DNA of 64,000 bases, from NCBI GenBank assembly GCA_000092065.1, contig CP000593.1; one strand, given 5' to 3'. Under the pieces are notes generated by a model. It was given only the letters and a program-made list of their open reading frames with translations. It had not been told where the DNA came from and did not search any database. Below, one piece after another: positions 57,942 through 64,000 of the stretch. Every line of letters begins with the position of its first letter. Position 1 is the stretch's first letter. The DNA comes from Ostreococcus lucimarinus. Its lineage: Eukaryota. A program made the translations under genes and the position numbers.

Positions 57942-58616
57942 TCAACATCCGCCCACCGCGATCTGCCCCTCGATGTCCAGCGTCGGGTTCTGACACAGCT
58001 TTCGCGCGTCGCTCAATGACAACAGCGCGCCCTCGAACTCCGCGCCCTCCACGTTCGCCCATCGTCCATCCTCGCCCTTGCCGAAGCTCGCGTTCGACAG
58101 CAGCGCGTTCGCGAAATTCGCCCCTCTCAAATCCGACCCATCGAATCGCGCCTCGTACGCGTTCGCGCTCGCAAAGTTCACCCCGCGCAGATTCGAATTT
58201 CGCGCCGACGTCCGGCTCATCTCCGTCTCAGAGGCGTCGGCGTTTTCAAAATTCGTCCCGTCCATGACGACGCCGGAAAGAATTTTCCCTCGCAGCTGCT
58301 TCCCCGAGTAATCGCACCCCGTAAGCGTGAGCACCGCCTCCGGCAGCGCGCCCGTGGACACCTCGAGAGAAAACTTCGCGCGCACGTCCGAGAACGCGTC
58401 GAGCGCGCGCAGCGTGCATCCCTCGGGCGTGGAGATCGTCGGCGGTGGTTTCTGACCCACCGAGGCGACCGCGTCGGCGTCGAGCGGCGACGTCGCGAGC
58501 GCGAGCGAGAGCGCGACCGCGGCGACGCGCGAATGCGCGGGCGTCGTCGTCGCGCGCGTCGTCGCGCGCGCGCTCGGCGCGAACGGCGCCGCGCGGGCGA
58601 AGGCGACGCGCGTCAT
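57942..58616 (-). CDS. Thylakoid-lumen-type pentapeptide-repeat protein (TL15/TL17-like) with bipartite transit peptide
   Basis: N-terminal S/T/R-rich stroma-targeting region, then the hydrophobic lumen-targeting segment VAAVALSLALATSPLDADA (AxA cleavage motif). The mature part is made of pentapeptide repeats (…NLRGVNFASANAYEARFDGSDLRGANFANALLSNASF…). Confidence 0.7.
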   Translation of the reverse strand: MTRVAFARAAPFAPSARATTRATTTPAHSRVAAVALSLALATSPLDADAVASVGQKPPPTISTPEGCTLRALDAFSDVRAKFSLEVSTGALPEAVLTLTGCDYSGKQLRGKILSGVVMDGTNFENADASETEMSRTSARNSNLRGVNFASANAYEARFDGSDLRGANFANALLSNASFGKGEDGRWANVEGAEFEGALLSLSDARKLCQNPTLDIEGQIAVGGC

Positions 58617-58683
58617 GATGCGGCGTCGAGTCTGTCTAGTCGGCGTCTTCGCTACAAACGCGTCGTTCGTCGCCGGTCGTCGC

Positions 58684-59289
58684 TCATCGCGCCGCGGATT
58701 TCTCCGTCGAAGATTCCCTCTTCTTCTCCTTCTTCTCCTTCTTCTCCTTCTTCTCCTTCTTCGCCTTCTTTTCTTTCGCCGCGCTCGGCGACGCGTCGTT
58801 CTCGTCGTCGTCGCCGCGCGCCTCGAAACCGTCGTCGCTCGCCTCTAATCTTCGCGTCAGCGTCAGTTCCCGCGCGATCCCGACGCTCGACGCCGTCAAC
58901 AGCGACGCATTATTTTCATCGCCATCGCTCGCGTCCGCGACGTCGTACGCGCGCGCGATCGTTCTCCCGAAATCTCCGAGTCTGTATTCGCTCGTCGTCG
59001 CCGCGTCGTCCCGCCGTCCCCCGCGCGTCGTCGTCGTCGTCATCACCAGCCCGTCCACGTCCGCCAGCCTGACGTCTCCCGGCACGCGCACGAGCACCAA
59101 ACTCGACTCGATTCTTTCGTCGTCGTCGTCTTCCGCGTCGTCGTCGCGCGTCGTCACGACGCGATGTCGCCCCGGGACGTCCGCGGCGGCGGCGCGAATT
59201 CCTTCGTACGTCGCGTCGTACATCGCGCGCGCGCGCGCGTCCACGAGCGCGCCGATCGTCGTCGTCGTCCCTCGCGTCGTCGTCGTCAT
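58684..59289 (-). CDS. Hypothetical acidic protein with C-terminal (KEKK)n tail
   Basis: An ORF with mixed composition and a terminal AAKEKKAKKEKKEKKEKKEKKRESS tail. No family is recognised. Confidence 0.3.
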   Translation of the reverse strand: MTTTTRGTTTTIGALVDARARAMYDATYEGIRAAAADVPGRHRVVTTRDDDAEDDDDERIESSLVLVRVPGDVRLADVDGLVMTTTTTRGGRRDDAATTSEYRLGDFGRTIARAYDVADASDGDENNASLLTASSVGIARELTLTRRLEASDDGFEARGDDDENDASPSAAKEKKAKKEKKEKKEKKEKKRESSTEKSAAR

Positions 59290-59327
59290 CGCGCGTCGTC
59301 GCGTCGTCGCGTCGTCGTCCGCGTCGT

Positions 59328-59360
59328 CGTGTGACGATTCGACGCCGCATTCGTCACACG
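59328..59360. promoter_or_regulatory. Inverted repeat CGTGTGACGA-(13 nt)-TCGTCACACG, 9 bp upstream of the EMC1 start codon
   Basis: Read directly; 10-bp perfect arms. It is the third member of the TGTGACG…CGTCACA element family. Confidence 0.7.
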
Positions 59361-59368
59361 GCGACGCG

Positions 59369-62300
59369 ATGCGCGCGCGCGCGCGATCGAGGCGCGCGAG
59401 GCGCGCGCGCGCGCTCGCGATGCGCGTCGCCGTCGTCGCGGCGTGCGCGGTCGAGCGCGCGCGCGCGACGCGCGAGGACGCGGTCGGGACGAAAGATTTC
59501 GCGCTCGAGCGCGTCGGCGACGCGCGCGCGTGCGTCGCGCGGCTGTGCGCGTCGAGCGACGCGATCGCGAGCGTCGACGCGGCGACGGGCGCGATCGAGT
59601 GGCGCGTCGCGAGCGAGGACGCGATCGAGACGTTCGCGGCGGACGCGGCGCGCGGCGTGGCGACGACGACGTCGGGACGGGCGGACGCGCGAGGGAAGAC
59701 GATCCGTGGATACGATCTGCGCGACGCCCCGGGAGCGCTGCTGTGGGAAGATGTCAGCTACGGGGACGCGCACGAGAGCGAGCGGGCGATGCGGGAGGCG
59801 GAGACGCACGCGAGGGACGCGCCGGACGCGGCGGCGGGCGACGGGACGACGACGACGCTGGCGAGGGGGGAAGTGGTGATGCGAGAGACGCGCTCGGGGG
59901 AGGTTTTGTGGCGAGCGAAGGTGCGAGAGGCGGTGGTGGACGTGGCGTGGGCGCGGGTGTTCGTGGAGACGACGCGAGAGACGGCGTACGCGGTGGGGCG
60001 CGCGAGAGACGGCGGCGCGCCGTGCGCGGCGGCGATTCGCGTCGCGGACGGCTCGATCATCGGCGCCAAGTGCGCGGGTTCGAAGCACGCCGGCGTCGAG
60101 GGCGCGTTCACGATCGTCAGCGGTGAGAAAAAGTCGAGCGCGCTGGCGAGGATGGCGAATGGAAAATTGGTCGTCGTCGACGTCGACGCGTTGGCTCGCG
60201 GAAGCGCTCTCTTCGGCGCGGCGACGATCTCGAGCTTTCCAGCGCACGTTTACGGCGACGTCGACGCGTTGGAACCGCTGCGGGGACACGACGTGCGCGC
60301 GCAAGAGGCGGCGCAGACGCACGGTTTCGCCGTCGCGCGCGCGGGCGACGCGTGCGCGTTGATTCGCGTCGAGGCGGACACCGGCGCGATGCGCGTCGTC
60401 GCGAGATACGACGACGCGTGTCCCGCGTTCACGTCCGTGCACGTGCGCTCGGGGAAAGGGAAATTTGGTCTCGACGCCATCACCATCGGCGTCGTGCGCT
60501 CGAACGTCGTCGGTGAGGGTGTGAGAGAGTACGAGCGGTTCGCCATCTCAGTCGCGGACGGCGCGACGCGACGAGTCGGAACTTCTCGCCGCGGCGACGC
60601 GCGCGCGCGTGCGGGGCCGCCTGCGCGAGCCTTCTTCACATCGGATGACGCGGATGCGATGATCGTGGTCGACGAGGACGCGACGATGACGTACCACGAA
60701 GGGAACGTCGTGCGCTGGACGCGAGAAGAGGCTACCTCGCAAGCCGTTCAAGTCATCTTCGGCGACCTTCCCGAGAAGACGGACGCCGCGGGCGGCGTCC
60801 AGTTCACGAAACTCTCCTTGCGCGATCGCTCCGAGCTGCAATTGCTCGCGCTTAAGGCGCGATTCCAGCTCGCCGGGCCGAGAGAGATGGCGCGACTGAT
60901 CCATCTCCGCAGCGCGGACGCGACCAAGTTACTCGCCAAGAGAGACGCCAACGGATTTCGTAAATCCATCTTGACGCTCTCCGAGCGAGGTGCGATCGTG
61001 GCGTTGCACAACGGTGACGGAAGAACGCTTTGGCGTCAATATCTGGGTGGAAAATCCGTTGGGACGTTCAAGAGTCTGATGAAGTGGAAACCAATCGGCG
61101 GCGACGACGAAGTCGACTACGCACTCGCGATGGCGAAATCGTCGACGACGACGACCTTCTTCGTCGTCAACCAATTCACCGGAGAACTATTCGGCAAGCC
61201 TACGATCGTGGACGTCGCTGCGGCGCACGTGTTGCCCTTCACTCTACCCACAGGCGAAGACGCGCTGATCGTCGTCGACGCCGAAGGCCGCGCGGCGACG
61301 TACCCGAAGCGGGCCGAGCCGAGCGCGTTGGACGCGCTCAATAGTCTGTCGTACTACAAAGTCGATCAAACGACGAACGAGGTGCGAGGGTACAAACTTC
61401 GCAAAGCCTCGGATGGAATGACGACGATGGATTCTCTGCACACGTGGACGGTGTCGTTCCCACCAGCAGCCGGTTCCATCGTTGGATTCGCAAACAAGCC
61501 CACGTCTGAAGAACGCGTCAACTCGTGGACGCGCGTGCCGGGCGATCGCTCGACACTCTTCAAGTATCTCAATCCAAACACCATCTTCGTCGCCACGAGC
61601 GACGGAACCGCGGTGCACGTGAGCTTGATCGACGGCGTCACGGGAAGGATATTGTATCGCGTTCGCCACGGCGACGCGCGCGGACCGGTAAAAGCCGTGG
61701 TATGCGAAAATTGGGTGGCGTATCACTACTTCAACACGCGAGCGAAGCGGTACGCGATGAGCGTGCTCGAAATGTTCGATGACGGCGAAGAACGGCGAAA
61801 CTTAGCGGTGGGCGATTTACTGTACGATTCAATTTTGGGAAAAACGCGAAACGAGACGTCCAGCTCGTTGAATCCGCCACCCTTGCGCATCATCGGTCAG
61901 AGCTATTACGTTCGCCCGGAAGCCAAGATGATTTCCGTGACGCGTTCGAAGCGGGGCGTCACCGAGCCGGCGGTTCTGCTCGCCACGGCGAACGATCAAG
62001 TCGCGGCAATCGATAAGCGATTCTTAGATCCAAGGCGCCCGAACAAACCATCGGCGGCGGACCGAGAGGAAGGTTTGATCCCGTACACCGAAGTCATTCC
62101 GATTTTTCCCGGAAGCTGGGTCACGCACAAGCGCGTCGTACACGGCCTTCGCGGTCTCGTCACGGCGCCCGCCGAGCTCGAATCGTCTATTCACTTCGTC
62201 GCTCATGGTTTGGACTTGTTTTACGCCCGCATCACCCCGAGTCAATCCTTTGACGCCTTGGACGATGATTTCAATTATGTATTGCTCGTCTTCACCTTGG

Positions 62301-62374
62301 TCGCGCTCGCCGTCGGCGCTTTCGTGACAAAGCGCGCGGCGGATGCGGCTGACGCGAATCACGCGTGGCGATGA
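59369..62374 (+). CDS. EMC1: ER membrane protein complex subunit 1 (EMC1)
   Basis: About 1000 aa with an N-terminal signal-like segment (MRVAVVAACAV…) and a luminal repeat-rich body. The C-terminus …APAELESSIHFVAHGLDLFYARITPSQSFDALDDDFNYVLLVFTLVALAVGAFVTKRA matches the conserved EMC1 C-terminal domain (…YGLDLF…P…FD.L..DFNY…) plus single TM. ATG is at 59369. Confidence 0.7.
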   Translation: MRARARSRRARRARALAMRVAVVAACAVERARATREDAVGTKDFALERVGDARACVARLCASSDAIASVDAATGAIEWRVASEDAIETFAADAARGVATTTSGRADARGKTIRGYDLRDAPGALLWEDVSYGDAHESERAMREAETHARDAPDAAAGDGTTTTLARGEVVMRETRSGEVLWRAKVREAVVDVAWARVFVETTRETAYAVGRARDGGAPCAAAIRVADGSIIGAKCAGSKHAGVEGAFTIVSGEKKSSALARMANGKLVVVDVDALARGSALFGAATISSFPAHVYGDVDALEPLRGHDVRAQEAAQTHGFAVARAGDACALIRVEADTGAMRVVARYDDACPAFTSVHVRSGKGKFGLDAITIGVVRSNVVGEGVREYERFAISVADGATRRVGTSRRGDARARAGPPARAFFTSDDADAMIVVDEDATMTYHEGNVVRWTREEATSQAVQVIFGDLPEKTDAAGGVQFTKLSLRDRSELQLLALKARFQLAGPREMARLIHLRSADATKLLAKRDANGFRKSILTLSERGAIVALHNGDGRTLWRQYLGGKSVGTFKSLMKWKPIGGDDEVDYALAMAKSSTTTTFFVVNQFTGELFGKPTIVDVAAAHVLPFTLPTGEDALIVVDAEGRAATYPKRAEPSALDALNSLSYYKVDQTTNEVRGYKLRKASDGMTTMDSLHTWTVSFPPAAGSIVGFANKPTSEERVNSWTRVPGDRSTLFKYLNPNTIFVATSDGTAVHVSLIDGVTGRILYRVRHGDARGPVKAVVCENWVAYHYFNTRAKRYAMSVLEMFDDGEERRNLAVGDLLYDSILGKTRNETSSSLNPPPLRIIGQSYYVRPEAKMISVTRSKRGVTEPAVLLATANDQVAAIDKRFLDPRRPNKPSAADREEGLIPYTEVIPIFPGSWVTHKRVVHGLRGLVTAPAELESSIHFVAHGLDLFYARITPSQSFDALDDDFNYVLLVFTLVALAVGAFVTKRAADAADANHAWR

Positions 62375-62459
62375 TCGCGCTTTACCTCGATGCGCGTGGT
62401 CTCGATTAGCTATAGTTACAGCAAGCTGGTTGTGAAATCTAAAATCTATCGTCATTTCG

Positions 62460-63599
62460 CTACGCGCCGAATTTCTCACACACACCCTTGGCGAACCAAA
62501 AGTCGACGCCGTCGTGCTCGTCGCGCGCTCGTTCGCGAGATTTTCGGCAGTACACGCGAGGGTCGTTGTAATCGCGCGACTTCACTCCCGCGTATCCATC
62601 CAACGTGGTTCCAGCATCGATGAGCCCCCAGCCTTTGGAGTTGATGCGATCTTGCGCGCTCAAAATCGCGGTCTTCGCCGCCATACCGGCCGCCATGATG
62701 ACCACCGGCGGCTCGTCGAACGCGTCGCCGATTTCGAAAATTCGCTGTACGACGGAATCCGCGGCGCCGTCGCCGCCCATCCCCTTCCCACTCGCGTCTA
62801 CGAACGCGCTGTGCCCTATGAACGGCAACCCCTCGACGTGAGGTGGCCCCACTAAAATCACCTTGCGCTTTGCCTCGCGAACGACGTTGATGTACCCGTC
62901 GACGCCGTTCTCCTTCCACATCGACCTATCGTCGTCCCCCGGATCACCCATCGGCAAGAAAAAAAACGCGTGCCCGATCGTATCGTTCACGTCCACGCCG
63001 TCCATCGCCGCGTTCCAATTATTCCGCAGCGCCCCGTTGCACAGCCAGTGCACGCCGACGTTGAGCACGCAGTTCGGCGTCGCGCTCACGCTCATCAGCG
63101 CCCGCACCGCCAGTCGCATCGGCGACCCATCCCTCGCGCTCGAAATCATCTCCGCGTCTCCCCAGCGCGCCCATCCGAATCCGACGCGCGCGCGCGTCCT
63201 CCGTTCGACCTCTCTCACGAGCGCGAAGTCGCGCGTCGCGAACCGTCCTCGCACGTCGCGCTCGTTCGTGCACGCGCCCTCGTCTTTCGCCCCCGCGAGC
63301 AGCGTCGCCTTCAGCGTCGACCGCGTCGCGTCGTCTCGCGCCGCCGTCGCCGCTTCCGCGCCCTCGCGCGCGTCGTCGTCGACGGACGTCGTCGCGCTCG
63401 ACGTCGACGCCGTCGACGACGCCTCGCCGCCGGACCGCCACCGCGCGCCGACGGTGACGCACGCGACGAGCGCGAGGGCGCACGCGAGCGCGCGCTTCGC
63501 CGCGCGCGCGCCGCGCGCGCGTCGTCGCGTCGCCATGCGTCGCCGCGCGCGCGCGCGATGGATGGATGCGTCGCGCCTTCGATCATAAATTACACGCAC
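62460..63599 (-). CDS. Hypothetical protein with N-terminal signal-anchor (type II membrane / secreted); family not recognised
   Basis: A basic N-terminus followed by the hydrophobic stretch ALACALALVACVTVGA, then a globular portion of about 300 aa. The track start was not verified as ATG. Confidence 0.4.
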   Translation of the reverse strand: MRVIYDRRRDASIHRARARRRMATRRRARGARAAKRALACALALVACVTVGARWRSGGEASSTASTSSATTSVDDDAREGAEAATAARDDATRSTLKATLLAGAKDEGACTNERDVRGRFATRDFALVREVERRTRARVGFGWARWGDAEMISSARDGSPMRLAVRALMSVSATPNCVLNVGVHWLCNGALRNNWNAAMDGVDVNDTIGHAFFFLPMGDPGDDDRSMWKENGVDGYINVVREAKRKVILVGPPHVEGLPFIGHSAFVDASGKGMGGDGAADSVVQRIFEIGDAFDEPPVVIMAAGMAAKTAILSAQDRINSKGWGLIDAGTTLDGYAGVKSRDYNDPRVYCRKSRERARDEHDGVDFWFAKGVCEKFGA

Positions 63600-63911
63600 T
63601 CACTGTATACACATACCCGAACGTCCGAAGATTTGGATATATAAATACACGCATTCGAGCGCTCGATCGCCCATGACGCGATCGTGCCCTCGCCCGCGCG
63701 TCTCGCGGCGACGGCGCGCGCCGCGCACCGCGACGCGTCGCCGCGATCGACGCGCGAATCGCGACGGGCGCGACGCGCGCGAGGCGTGGATCACCGCCGA
63801 CCGTCACGTCGCGAGCGCGCGAATCGCGCGCCGCGGCGACGTCGCGAGAGGATTCGATCGCCGCGCGATCGAGATCGCATCTTCTTTAATTTCCGCGCCG
63901 ACGAACGCGAC

Positions 63912-64000
63912 ATGAGCGACGACGCGAGCGATGCGGCGGTGAAAACGACGGAGGAGGCGGCGGGCGTCGTCGAGGCGGCGGGCGCGGCGAGCGAGGCGAC
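63912..64000 (+). CDS. 5' fragment of a gene running off the window (MSDDASDAAVKTTEEAAGVVEAAGAASEA…)
   Basis: ATG at 63912 with an open frame to the window end. Too short to classify. Confidence 0.25.
   Translation, partial: MSDDASDAAVKTTEEAAGVVEAAGAASEA

Noticed and set aside
59354-60442. 362-aa minus-strand ORF
   Set aside because: It is antisense to the EMC1 gene and Arg-rich.
1-64000. Prokaryotic feature types (CRISPR arrays, operons, RBS-coupled genes, IS elements)
   Set aside because: The telomeric repeats, spliceosomal introns, eukaryote-specific genes (TOP2, EMC1, GLE1, SWI3, Notchless) and monocistronic layout show this is a eukaryotic nuclear chromosome. No CRISPR-like direct repeat/spacer arrays or transposon termini were seen.

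Overview
This window is the left end of a eukaryotic nuclear chromosome. It starts with 18 perfect CCCTAAA units (a TTTAGGG-type telomere); the first gene start lies about 240 bp beyond the telomeric repeats and about 270 bp beyond the last telomere-like unit. The DNA is very GC-rich and densely packed with protein-coding genes on both strands, roughly one per 1.5-2 kb. Most genes are intronless, but at least two small genes carry short GT-AG introns. Several genes point to a green-lineage, plastid-bearing picoalga: an AKR2-like STI1+ankyrin protein, presequence protease PreP, a thylakoid-lumen pentapeptide-repeat protein with a bipartite transit peptide, a fibrillin, a UGP3-like pyrophosphorylase and a PLAC8 protein, together with the TTTAGGG telomere. 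A Mamiellophyceae-like organism is a reasonable guess but not proven. TGA serves as an ordinary stop codon in several genes here, so the standard genetic code applies. Recognisable genes include a USP/UBP deubiquitinase, an ATAD2-like AAA+ bromodomain ATPase, mitochondrial bS21, pyrroline-5-carboxylate reductase, an R2R3-type Myb, DNA topoisomerase II, Notchless, an AKR7-like reductase, a Upf1-like helicase, Kae1/OSGEP, a VPS9 protein, a fasciclin protein, a voltage-gated K+ channel, a PRMT, a SWI3-like SWIRM-ZZ-SANT protein, a glyoxalase-fold protein, rhodanese-type TrhO, GLE1, an APH-fold kinase and EMC1. The most interesting object is a DsbA/FrnE-like thioredoxin-fold gene at 41676-42413. 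Its catalytic CxxC motif reads SDVV-TGA-PWCYVG, with an in-frame TGA exactly where the first active-site cysteine belongs. That makes it a candidate selenoprotein with a UxxC redox centre, although I could not find a convincing SECIS element by eye. Secondary observations are two intron-containing genes that the ORF track missed, a family of TGTGACG...CGTCACA inverted repeats and ACGCGT clusters in promoters, a 76-bp tandem duplication, a uORF whose stop overlaps the TOP2 start (ATGA), and a head-to-head gene pair sharing a CATG at their start codons. The supplied ORF track uses non-ATG start codons and, in DNA this GC-rich, contains many long spurious antisense or alternate-frame ORFs. Its start coordinates were therefore re-derived where possible.
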